Shown one piece after another: positions 27,381 to 35,015 of a stretch of 64,000 nt of DNA. The stretch lies in IMG/VR virus record IMGVR_UViG_3300045988_120652, one strand, 5' to 3'. Under the pieces are notes generated by a model. It saw nothing but the letters and a program-made list of their open reading frames with translations. It was not told the origin of the DNA and ran no database searches. This DNA is from a virus. Every line of letters starts with the position of its first letter. The first letter of the stretch is position 1. The position numbers and the translations under genes were made by a program.

Positions 27381-27543
27381 CAAGTATTACATCGGATGGG
27401 TACGCAGCGGCAAGGGCCTCGTAAAGAGACTACCGCGCAAACGGATAGCCAATGCCGTGACAACATCGCCACCAGGCTGCTTTGCCGACCCTCGCGATGG
27501 ACTGGGCAACACCACACCGCATATAGTATATGAATATGAATGA
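27373..27543 (+). CDS. TRD-like mini-ORF U15 (56 aa)
   Basis: MIDKYYIGWVRSGKGLVKRLPRKRIANAVTTSPPGCFADPRDGLGNTTPHIVYEYE*. Confidence 0.5.
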   Translation: MIDKYYIGWVRSGKGLVKRLPRKRIANAVTTSPPGCFADPRDGLGNTTPHIVYEYE

Positions 27544-27700
27544 CACCGCACGCATCTTCGTAGTCGGCATGATGCAGACACCACCCTACGACCGAATGTT
27601 TGAGCAGAGCTGCCGCGTGTATTCCGCAAAAGGAATATCGCCTACGCTGCATACGCAAGGGGGGGGGGATAGAGAGATAAAGGTATTAGTGGAACTATAA
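27530..27700 (+). CDS. TRD-like mini-ORF U16 (54-56 aa), contains a G10 tract
   Basis: M(NM)NDTARIFVVGMMQTPPYDRMFEQSCRVYSAKGISPTLHTQGGGDREIKVLVEL*. RVYSxxGISPTLxxxGGG is a classic Dcm variable-region pattern. The G10 run (27659-27668) is in frame and encodes GGG. Confidence 0.6.
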   Translation: MNMNDTARIFVVGMMQTPPYDRMFEQSCRVYSAKGISPTLHTQGGGDREIKVLVEL

Positions 27701-27712
27701 TACACAGAAATT

Positions 27713-27856
27713 ATGGAAGAAATGTTATTGAGCGACTATATCGCTATGCTCCAGAAATTAAAGGAACAGCATGGCAACATAATAGTGAGAAGTGATAGCG
27801 GATGCGATTTGTCCGCTTACTATTCTGACTGGGATGATGTGATAGTAGTGAATTAG
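27713..27856 (+). CDS. Small hypothetical protein (47 aa, below the ORF-track cutoff)
   Basis: MEEMLLSDYIAMLQKLKEQHGNIIVRSDSGCDLSAYYSDWDDVIVVN*. It fills the gap between U16 and the next gene. Confidence 0.35.
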   Translation: MEEMLLSDYIAMLQKLKEQHGNIIVRSDSGCDLSAYYSDWDDVIVVN

Positions 27857-27876
27857 CAAAAAACAAAAGATTGAAC

Positions 27877-28245
27877 ATGAGAGAATTTGTGAGAAAGGCA
27901 TTGCGAAACTACGGCTACCGATTTCTTGGGTATCAGAGCGGTAGCTACATTTTTGGCAAACCGCTTGGCTACGGCATACTTAGTGCGGAAATGCGCGAGG
28001 GTGAAAACTCCGTAAGTGTCATGCTGATGGTTAAAGGAAACATGAAGGACGGCAAGCGCCCGAATCTGCTATGGCAGGAGACAAGCCGGGACTTTCCCGA
28101 AGAACATGACGAACAGAAGATGTACGAGGCGTTGGTGCAAGCTGTTGCCGACTGTGAGGCAGACATCTTCTCTAAAACGCCTGTGGCTTGGTTGCAAAAC
28201 CGAGACGTGAGATACGACTTCGAGGAGAATGTCCATATCGAGTAA
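27877..28245 (+). CDS. Hypothetical protein
   Basis: 122-aa ORF starting at the ATG within ORF 27871..28245. Confidence 0.45.
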   Translation: MREFVRKALRNYGYRFLGYQSGSYIFGKPLGYGILSAEMREGENSVSVMLMVKGNMKDGKRPNLLWQETSRDFPEEHDEQKMYEALVQAVADCEADIFSKTPVAWLQNRDVRYDFEENVHIE

Positions 28246-28295
28246 AAGGAATAATCTACCTTTGCCCATAGTAGAACCAACCGCTAAAAACGTGA

Positions 28296-28349
28296 GGTTC
28301 GAACCTTTGAATGAAAAGGTTCGAACGAATTGAGCAAAACGTTCGAACC
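28296..28349. promoter_or_regulatory. Three GTTCGAAC palindromes at exact 22-bp spacing (operator-like array)
   Basis: GGTTCGAACC at 28296-28305, GGTTCGAAC at 28318-28326 and GTTCGAACC at 28341-28349. Their centres are 22 bp apart, and the array ends about 30 nt upstream of ATG 28380. Confidence 0.5.
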
Positions 28350-28379
28350 CATGTGGTTTGCTCATAAAACTTAATAACT

Positions 28380-28916
28380 ATGGCGATTAAAGCTAAAGTG
28401 ATAGTAAGAAGCAATTCTATCACGAAAGAAAAGGTTGCAAGTGCCAACATCGTTGACTTGCAGCCGATGTCATTCACCGAGTTTTGCGACTACATGGCGC
28501 AGGACTCTACAGTAGGCGTGGCGGACGTGATGGCCGTGATGACGCAGTTGGAGAAGAAGTTGCCGCTTCTGCTCGCTCTGGGCACCAAGGTGCAGGTGTC
28601 TGCCGAGGGCATGGTGGTACGCCCTACCGTTAGCGGCTCGCTCACTCAGAGCCAGCTCAAGGCGAAGCTCGAAGCTCGCAAGGCAGAGGGCGAGGATGTT
28701 GACGTGAACCGCGAGATTACCGCTGCCGACCTCACCACTAAGGACCTCACAGCAGGCGTGGCCATCGACTTCTCAAGGAAGTTCAACGCTGCCTTCGCAC
28801 AGCACGGAATGTTCAAGCGTGTGGGCGACGCTGCTGCAACGAACGCTCCGTCGGCTCCCGGAACAGGTGGCGAGCAGAAGCCGGATGGAACACCGGGCGG
28901 CGAGGTGGACGCATAA
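28380..28916 (+). CDS. Bacteroidetes-type HU-like DNA-binding domain protein
   Basis: SFTEFCDYMAQDSTVGVADVMAVMTQLEKKLPLLLALGTKVQVSAEGM resembles the HU_2-type domain common in Bacteroidales. The C-terminal tail is low-complexity Gly/Pro. Assignment is from memory of the family pattern. Confidence 0.5.
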   Translation: MAIKAKVIVRSNSITKEKVASANIVDLQPMSFTEFCDYMAQDSTVGVADVMAVMTQLEKKLPLLLALGTKVQVSAEGMVVRPTVSGSLTQSQLKAKLEARKAEGEDVDVNREITAADLTTKDLTAGVAIDFSRKFNAAFAQHGMFKRVGDAAATNAPSAPGTGGEQKPDGTPGGEVDA

Positions 28917-28924
28917 TATTCGGA

Positions 28925-29009
28925 ACTACAGAGAACACAGAGAACACAGAGACAGTTTTTACATCGGATTCTTCGGATTGAACTCCGTGTCCTTTGTGTC
29001 CTTTGTAGT
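28925..29009. terminator. Long imperfect hairpin (CTACAGAGAACACAGAG family)
   Basis: Arms at 28925-28951 and 28983-29009 pair over about 27 positions, with G-T pairs and two mismatches. A related hairpin lies at 53931-53992. Confidence 0.45.
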
Positions 29010-29167
29010 TCTACTTCCCACTTATCCCGAAGGCCAAGGGACCGTACTCAGTGAGCCGCATGTCGCCACTCCGTTCAACGTATCTAACGGGCTCTGGTGC
29101 AGACGAGCGAGGAGAAGGAAAACTCAACCACTGCACATTTCTTTCATTAACGGATTTATAGAGAACA

Positions 29168-29791
29168 ATGAACACATTTATATCTACTTTTTTAGGATGG
29201 GCATTCTTTCTTGCTGCCATCTTCGGCTGGACGTTTTTTCTCGCCTTTGTCGTTTGGCGTGTGCGGATAATGCACAAGGAACGTCTTGCAAAGAAAAGCC
29301 AGCGGAAGAGAGAGGAGAAGCGGAAGACCGACTCTGACGACATGCCTGTGCTCCTCAATCCGAAAGAGCGTCGCGAATACATGCTCAACCACATCGAGGA
29401 CGGACGTTTTTACGCAATCTCCTCGCTCCGTGGCTCTGACACCACCATTGTATGCGCCAAGCCGTATGATGCCGAAGAACAAATGCTATCTTGCTACGCT
29501 TACCTCTGGATAAGCGGGCGTGGTGTGTATAATCTGCACGTTAGTGACCCTCGCGGTATATTAAAATTTCGTGATTTTTTTGGCAACAAGGCCCTGCGCA
29601 TCGACTTCGACCGTAATCCTCACCTTGTTGTCTTTGAAGAAGAGAACATTTCTCAGTATATCGTAGATAGAGACTACAACGACTTCGTGCAAAGCTTGCA
29701 AAAGGCAGGATTCGACTGGAAGATTGAGAAGGGCGAAGATAACGGACTGGGCTCTTATAAATATCTCTTGAAAGAAACAAGAACAAAATAG
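29168..29791 (+). CDS. Membrane-anchored hypothetical protein
   Basis: N-terminal TM (FISTFLGWAFFLAAIFGWTFFLAFVVW), then a soluble domain of about 150 aa. Confidence 0.5.
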   Translation: MNTFISTFLGWAFFLAAIFGWTFFLAFVVWRVRIMHKERLAKKSQRKREEKRKTDSDDMPVLLNPKERREYMLNHIEDGRFYAISSLRGSDTTIVCAKPYDAEEQMLSCYAYLWISGRGVYNLHVSDPRGILKFRDFFGNKALRIDFDRNPHLVVFEEENISQYIVDRDYNDFVQSLQKAGFDWKIEKGEDNGLGSYKYLLKETRTK

Positions 29792-29830
29792 CAAGCAACA
29801 ATTCAATAAAACAATTAAATTTCATTTCTT

Positions 29831-30649
29831 ATGAGAAAATTATTTTCAATTCTTTTTGCGTTTGTCGCAGTAGTGATGTTATCCTCGTGCCGTTTTGTGT
29901 CGCCCGATGCCGACGAGGAAGCCGTGTTGGTGAAGAAGCCTTGGTTCTTCGGACACGGAGGAGTAGACAACGACCCCGTTCAGAGTGGTCTGACATGGTG
30001 TGCCATGAGCACACGTGCCGAGACGTTCAAGATTGTTCCGGTACGCCATGAGGTTGTTCTTGACGACATCTTCTCTGACGACAACACACCGCTTGACTTC
30101 CATTCTGTCATAGTCACTCAGGTGGAGCAAGGCAAGTCGCCCGTGCTGTTGCAGAACTATGGACGCGACTGGTTTAACACCAACCTCTACAACTACTTCT
30201 GCAATCTTGTCAGAGACCATATCTCGCAGTATAGTCCGTTCGACTTGATGTCTAACCGTCAGGTATTGAGCACCATCGACAAGAAGATTCTGAAGCAGAT
30301 GCAGGAGTACGTTGCTGCCCTCTCCAAGCACAAGCCGATGCCCGTCATCATCAAGGACGTTATCATCGGCAAGGCTACACCCAACAAGGAACAGCTTGCC
30401 GAAATGAACCGCACGGCAAAGATGGTACAGGCCAAGCAGACGCAGGAACGTGAATATGAGGTTCAGGTGGCTCGCGAGAAGGCCGAGCGCCAAAAGGCTG
30501 TGGCAGACAAGGCGTATATGAGCGAGATGAATCTTAGCCCGCAGCAGTTTATTCAGCTTAAATGGGTGGAGACGGTGGCTCAGAAGCAGGGCGCAAACAT
30601 AGACGTGCTCGTAGGCCCGGCTGAGCACATGTGGAATATCAAACGATAA
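29831..30649 (+). CDS. SPFH/band-7-like lipoprotein
   Basis: Lipoprotein signal MRKLFSILFAFVAVVMLSSC. The body has a prohibitin-like pattern and a C-terminal coiled coil (QAKQTQEREYEVQVAREKAERQKAVADKA). The 260-aa antisense ORF is considered spurious. Confidence 0.55.
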   Translation: MRKLFSILFAFVAVVMLSSCRFVSPDADEEAVLVKKPWFFGHGGVDNDPVQSGLTWCAMSTRAETFKIVPVRHEVVLDDIFSDDNTPLDFHSVIVTQVEQGKSPVLLQNYGRDWFNTNLYNYFCNLVRDHISQYSPFDLMSNRQVLSTIDKKILKQMQEYVAALSKHKPMPVIIKDVIIGKATPNKEQLAEMNRTAKMVQAKQTQEREYEVQVAREKAERQKAVADKAYMSEMNLSPQQFIQLKWVETVAQKQGANIDVLVGPAEHMWNIKR

Positions 30650-30678
30650 AAAGTATATCAATCAAAAATAAAATAATC

Positions 30679-31092
30679 ATGAATATCATTTTTTCAACAC
30701 TCATCGTGATTCTCATCATCCTGCTGTTCACCATCTTTGCAGCATGGATAGACAAGTTCAACGCAAAGCACAAGGAGGCTTTCATTGAGGAAACTCTCGA
30801 CCGTAAGGAGGCGTTCATTGAGAAAGCCATTGACAAGGTTTCATCGCTCCTTACTTCCAAAATCGCCGTGGTGATGGATCAGTACAAAGCTGGTCCGTGG
30901 TATCTTGTGGTATATACCAAGGAAGCCAACCACCCTATATGGATCTCTAACAACAATATCCGCAGCGTACACCCCGACCCGAAGAACCGCAAAATCATTA
31001 TCAAGCAGTTCTGTAATGAGGATATGGTGATTGAGAACGTGGAGAACTACGAGTTGTGCTCTGCCAACGAAATGTGCGACTACGACATGTAG
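30679..31092 (+). CDS. Membrane-anchored hypothetical protein
   Basis: Start chosen at MNIIFSTLIVILIILLFTIFAAW (TM segment). Confidence 0.45.
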   Translation: MNIIFSTLIVILIILLFTIFAAWIDKFNAKHKEAFIEETLDRKEAFIEKAIDKVSSLLTSKIAVVMDQYKAGPWYLVVYTKEANHPIWISNNNIRSVHPDPKNRKIIIKQFCNEDMVIENVENYELCSANEMCDYDM

Positions 31093-31152
31093 GCAACGAA
31101 TACTTCATACTTTGACTGGATGTTTCATACGGAAATGTTAACTTTTGCTTTA

Positions 31153-31185
31153 GCTCTGCCGTCCGTGAGGATAGCAGGGCTTTTT
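31153..31185 (+). terminator. Intrinsic terminator (GTCC-GTGA-GGAT hairpin family)
   Basis: GCTCTGCCGTCC-GTGA-GGATAGCAGGGC followed by TTTTT. Confidence 0.7.
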
Positions 31186-31215
31186 CTATGTCCGCACCTT
31201 CTCCCCGTCTTTCCT

Positions 31216-31223
31216 TAACTTTG
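31216..31223 (+). promoter_or_regulatory. -7 promoter element TAACTTTG
   Basis: TAnnTTTG match between the terminator and ATG 31260. It argues for the 31260 start rather than 31188. Confidence 0.4.
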
Positions 31224-31259
31224 CGCTATAGACATTCAACAAAACACATATTCAACACA

Positions 31260-33020
31260 ATGACAACAGTTAGCAACTTAAACGAGCTCCAACAACGTAG
31301 TGAGGAGCTTCAGTCGCAAGGCTACGAGGCCGTTCTGCCTGGCGCGTTCTGTGCGCCCAAGCAGGGAGGCAGCAGTGTGTGTTCATGGGGCGATTACGTT
31401 CACCAGAAGCTCACGGCTTCGGCCACCATGACCGGAGCGGAAGGCAATGCGGCAAGACGGGAGATTTCTGCCGTGTTCGGCTCGTCGGGCGGCGAGAACA
31501 AAGCCAAACCCGAAGGTGTGGGCACTAAGGGATTGGGCTTTATGGAGTGGGGATTGGACAACCGACTGCCTAACCTCATATATCTGCTCTCCAAGATGTC
31601 GCCCTTTCCGGCAGCGGGAGTTGACTTCGTGAAGAAAATCCTCGTGGGCCGTGGGCCGTGCGCCAAGTATCACTATACGCAGTATGTCGGTGGCAATATC
31701 ACCGAGAAGTCTATTTCCTACCCTTCGGCTGGCACCTTGCTCCGCGGGCAGATAGCCGACCTCAAGGCTAAGGAAAAGCAAATGTCAGAATCGGAAAACC
31801 AATCTTCACAATCGGATAACCAATTCACAAAATCGGTTAATCAACTCTCACAATCGGCAAACAATTCTGAGAGTGAAGACAGCGAGGAAATGAAGTCGTT
31901 GAAGGCAGCATTGGAAGAATGGAAGCGCACCAACGAGGAGTTGCAAGCCTTCATCGAGAACAACGACCTCCACAAGACCTACCTTGAGATGGCAGGCGAT
32001 ATGTCGCTCATGTCGCAATGCTTCTGCGAGTTGCAGCTCAATCAACGCCAGTTGGACGAAAACGGCCGTCCCGTGCCTACGTCGCAGTGGAACCCGAAGA
32101 TTGTGGGCATAAAGCCTCGCTCGGTGTTCACCACCCGACTGGAGCGCATGGACAGTCAGTATCGCATCAACTATGCCTACCTCTCTAACCAGTGGCTCGA
32201 CTCCACGCAGACGCTCGCCGAAACCGACCGTCGCATTGCCGCCGTGCCTTATCTCGCAGCCGACACAGCCGTAGCTGATCTCAACCGCCATGTGCGTGAG
32301 GCTCGTCAGCAGCGTGTGAGCCGCAAGAACCGCCCAACACGCTTCATCATGTCGCCACGCGACTTTGGCGGTCCTTACTATGCCGATGCCATGTGGCACA
32401 GCATCTTTGCCGGAAGCATCTTCGAGTATGCCTTCACCATCATCGACGACCGACTCACTCGCAAGCGCAACAGCAACATTATCGGTCGTGTCATATACAT
32501 CCATCAGGAATACCTCAAGCAGCTCTACACGCAGCAGGGCGAGAACAAAAGCAAGACGATGGCTCAGATACAGCAGGAGGTGTTCACCGACATCAACCGC
32601 TGGCTCTCCAATCCCGACAATGCAGGTCAGGCTCTTATCTCTGCCGTGTTTACCGGACTGGACGGCAAGGAGCACAAGGCATGGGAGATTGTGGAGATTG
32701 AGAGCAAGGCCAACTCGCAAGCGCAAGCCGAGAAGACCGAGCTTCAGGAAATATCTTCCATCATCTTCTTTGCCATGGGCTTGGACTCGAAGCTCATTGG
32801 CAACACCCCAGGCGACGCTACATCATCGGGCGGCACCGACCTCCGCGAGCGTTTCCTTGTAAAGCAAATTCAGTTCGCCCCATTGCAGCAGCTCATGCTC
32901 CGACCGTTGGAGGTGATAAGCAAGTTCAATAAATGGGACTCGCACCTTGTGTGGCAGATAGACCGCGAAGTGCTCACCACGCTGGATAACTCGAAAACAG
33001 GGGTGACGATGCAGGAATAG
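31260..33020 (+). CDS. Large virion-module protein, possibly portal (not verified)
   Basis: 586-aa ORF at the head of a late operon, with an internal Ser/Gln/Glu-rich linker. No diagnostic motif was recognised, so the portal idea rests on size and position only. Confidence 0.3.
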   Translation: MTTVSNLNELQQRSEELQSQGYEAVLPGAFCAPKQGGSSVCSWGDYVHQKLTASATMTGAEGNAARREISAVFGSSGGENKAKPEGVGTKGLGFMEWGLDNRLPNLIYLLSKMSPFPAAGVDFVKKILVGRGPCAKYHYTQYVGGNITEKSISYPSAGTLLRGQIADLKAKEKQMSESENQSSQSDNQFTKSVNQLSQSANNSESEDSEEMKSLKAALEEWKRTNEELQAFIENNDLHKTYLEMAGDMSLMSQCFCELQLNQRQLDENGRPVPTSQWNPKIVGIKPRSVFTTRLERMDSQYRINYAYLSNQWLDSTQTLAETDRRIAAVPYLAADTAVADLNRHVREARQQRVSRKNRPTRFIMSPRDFGGPYYADAMWHSIFAGSIFEYAFTIIDDRLTRKRNSNIIGRVIYIHQEYLKQLYTQQGENKSKTMAQIQQEVFTDINRWLSNPDNAGQALISAVFTGLDGKEHKAWEIVEIESKANSQAQAEKTELQEISSIIFFAMGLDSKLIGNTPGDATSSGGTDLRERFLVKQIQFAPLQQLMLRPLEVISKFNKWDSHLVWQIDREVLTTLDNSKTGVTMQE

Positions 33021-33042
33021 TAACGAATAAATGATATAGAGA

Positions 33043-33813
33043 ATGATAGAACTGAATAAGATATATAATGAAGACTGCCTCGAAGGAATGAAAAGGATTC
33101 CAGACGGGAGCGTGGATTGCATCGTATGCGATTTGCCGTATGAAGTTCTGAACAAAGGCAATGAAAAGGCACGATGGGATAACATTATCCCGATGGAGCC
33201 TCTATTCAAGGAATACTGGCGAATAGCAAAAACTAACGCTCCTATTATTCTCTTCGGTCAAGGAATGTTTACGGCACAGCTAATGATGGCAGAACCTGAC
33301 ACATGGCGATATAATCTGATTTGGCAAAAAGACAGACCAACAGGATTTCTCAATGCGAAGCGGATGCCTATGCGGAGCCATGAGGATATTGCTGTGTTCT
33401 ATCGTGCGCTACCTACATACAATCCACAAATGAGACAAGGTTTCCCCTCTCACACACGAGGGCATAAACACGGAAAAGCAAAGGGTAATGTCTGTTATGG
33501 CAACTATAATATTGAGACCTACTCAAAAGAAGTAACAACAGAGAAATATCCTATATCTGTATTGTTCTTCGACAAAGAAAAGAATCTTGATATGCACCCC
33601 ACTCAAAAGCCCGTAGCTCTTATTCAGTACCTCATTCGCACTTACTCCAACGAGGGCGACACCATCTTAGACAACTGTATGGGTAGCGGAACCACCGCCA
33701 TTGCAGCCATCCGCGAGAAGCGCAACTTCATCGGCTTCGAGCTCAACAAGGAGTATTACGACAAGGCTTGCAAACGCATTAAGTTGGAGCAAGCGCAGCT
33801 CAAGCTGTTCTGA
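33043..33813 (+). CDS. N6-adenine or N4-cytosine DNA methyltransferase (beta class)
   Basis: The catalytic motif IVCDLPYEV (DPPY-type) is N-terminal. The SAM-binding motif ILDNCMGSGTTAIAAIREKRNFIGFELNKEYY is C-terminal. This order is typical of beta-class amino-methyltransferases. Confidence 0.85.
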   Translation: MIELNKIYNEDCLEGMKRIPDGSVDCIVCDLPYEVLNKGNEKARWDNIIPMEPLFKEYWRIAKTNAPIILFGQGMFTAQLMMAEPDTWRYNLIWQKDRPTGFLNAKRMPMRSHEDIAVFYRALPTYNPQMRQGFPSHTRGHKHGKAKGNVCYGNYNIETYSKEVTTEKYPISVLFFDKEKNLDMHPTQKPVALIQYLIRTYSNEGDTILDNCMGSGTTAIAAIREKRNFIGFELNKEYYDKACKRIKLEQAQLKLF

Positions 33814-33829
33814 CAACTCAAAAATGGAT

Positions 33830-33878
33830 AATTCCTAATCGCCAACGGCGACAATTCAAAATTCAAAACTCAAAATTC
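33830..33878 (-). repeat. Intergenic repeat family copy (inverted): short GC hairpin plus GAATTTTGAGTTTTGAAT-type flank
   Basis: AATTCCTAATCGCCAACGGCGACAATTCAAAATTCAAAACTCAAAATTC is the reverse complement of the element at 52801-52850. Confidence 0.6.
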
Positions 33879-33882
33879 GCAC

Positions 33883-34920
33883 ATGATACTATCAACCACC
33901 AAGGAGCTTCGGCTCCACATCCCCAGCAACGCCATTGACGACATCAGCTATCTTCAAGGCATACTCGACAACAGCGAGAAAGATTTTCTGCGCGACAAGT
34001 TGGGCGACTCGCTCTACAACCGTTTGTGCGAGTATTATCATACCGTTTCGCCCGACGACTTCTACATGGCAGTCTGTAACGGAGAGCACACACAGCAGCC
34101 CTGGATGCAACTCCTGCTTATGGCACAGCGCATGGTGACATACGATGCCATGTCGCGCTTCGCCTACACACAGGCCCTCTCCATCAACGGCACCGGCATC
34201 AACGTGGCTTCAAGCGAAGACTACGGCACGGCATCCAAAGACCTTCTCGACAAGGGAGTGCAAGGCTACAAGCGCGAGGCAATGGTGTCGCTCAACCAAA
34301 TGCTTGTGATGCTCGAAGGTTGGGCTAAGAAGATGGCTACACCCGCAGCCATTGCCGAAGCCGACTCCACCGACCCACCGACCACCGAACCAAAGGACGA
34401 GGAGCACAAAGCCATTGAAGAGATAAGCCTATTGTGGCAGGAGAGCCAGTACTACTACGCCCACCACGACCTCCTCATTGCCACATGTGCCGACCTTCAG
34501 CACTACCTCGACATCTACGAGAGCCGTGAGAAGTTCATCCGTCTTCTGCCTGATCTCCACTTCATTCAAGACGAATACATCAGTGAGGCAATAGGCGAGC
34601 CGATGGTGCAGCACCTGCTCACCACCACCGACCCTGCCGACAAGCCACTCCTTCGCAAGGTACGCCGCCTGATGGTAGCTCACCTCGAAGAGCGCACAAC
34701 AATTCTCACTATTGACAAGGCACGCCGAGCCGCTGCCCACAACGAAGCCATCGCCCTACGCACCTCGGTGCTCCGGCTCATGGAAATGCGCAAGGCAATG
34801 GACGCTGCCAACGCCACCCCTACCGACAAGCCCTCAACCAACACCACCGACTCAACAAGCAAAGGCTACGAGAACAACCAGCCAGACAGTAAAATATTCG
34901 TGTCGCCACTACTGTATTAG
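33883..34920 (+). CDS. Late-module hypothetical protein
   Basis: 345-aa ORF. No motif recognised. Confidence 0.5.
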   Translation: MILSTTKELRLHIPSNAIDDISYLQGILDNSEKDFLRDKLGDSLYNRLCEYYHTVSPDDFYMAVCNGEHTQQPWMQLLLMAQRMVTYDAMSRFAYTQALSINGTGINVASSEDYGTASKDLLDKGVQGYKREAMVSLNQMLVMLEGWAKKMATPAAIAEADSTDPPTTEPKDEEHKAIEEISLLWQESQYYYAHHDLLIATCADLQHYLDIYESREKFIRLLPDLHFIQDEYISEAIGEPMVQHLLTTTDPADKPLLRKVRRLMVAHLEERTTILTIDKARRAAAHNEAIALRTSVLRLMEMRKAMDAANATPTDKPSTNTTDSTSKGYENNQPDSKIFVSPLLY

Positions 34921-34929
34921 TATTCCCAA

Positions 34930-35006
34930 GGCTTAGAAAGGCCCAGTAAGGGTCATAATCCCCAAAGGCTTAGAAAGGCCCAATAAGGCCCAGTAAGGCT
35001 TAAAAA
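34930..35006 (+). repeat. Array of 10-bp phased decamers GGCYYAGWAA (7 units in 2 blocks)
   Basis: Units start at 34930, 34940, 34950 and at 34967, 34977, 34987, 34997. The array ends 10 nt before ATG 35016. Confidence 0.8.
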
Positions 35007-35015
35007 TAAAAATTT

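Noticed and set aside
22770-27700. Stop-codon reassignment (alternative genetic code) as the explanation for the stops between TRD units
   Set aside because: TAA, TGA and TAG all occur at the junctions. The very long structural ORFs elsewhere in the window are intact under the standard code. Consecutive units are also in different frames, so read-through alone would not fuse them.
22770-27700. CRISPR array or shufflon-type inversion system as the explanation for the repeated ATTGAATATGA junction motif
   Set aside because: The repeats are short, all in direct orientation, embedded in coding sequence and irregularly spaced (about 120-170 nt and larger). The intervening segments are paralogous protein-coding units rather than spacers. 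No cas gene or recombinase gene is visible in the window.
29011-29167. A possible small structured RNA in the 150-nt gap after the long hairpin at 28925-29009
   Set aside because: Only weak local pairings (for example CCGTT...AACGG) could be found by eye, with no repeat copy or recognisable motif. The evidence is insufficient without folding or covariation analysis.
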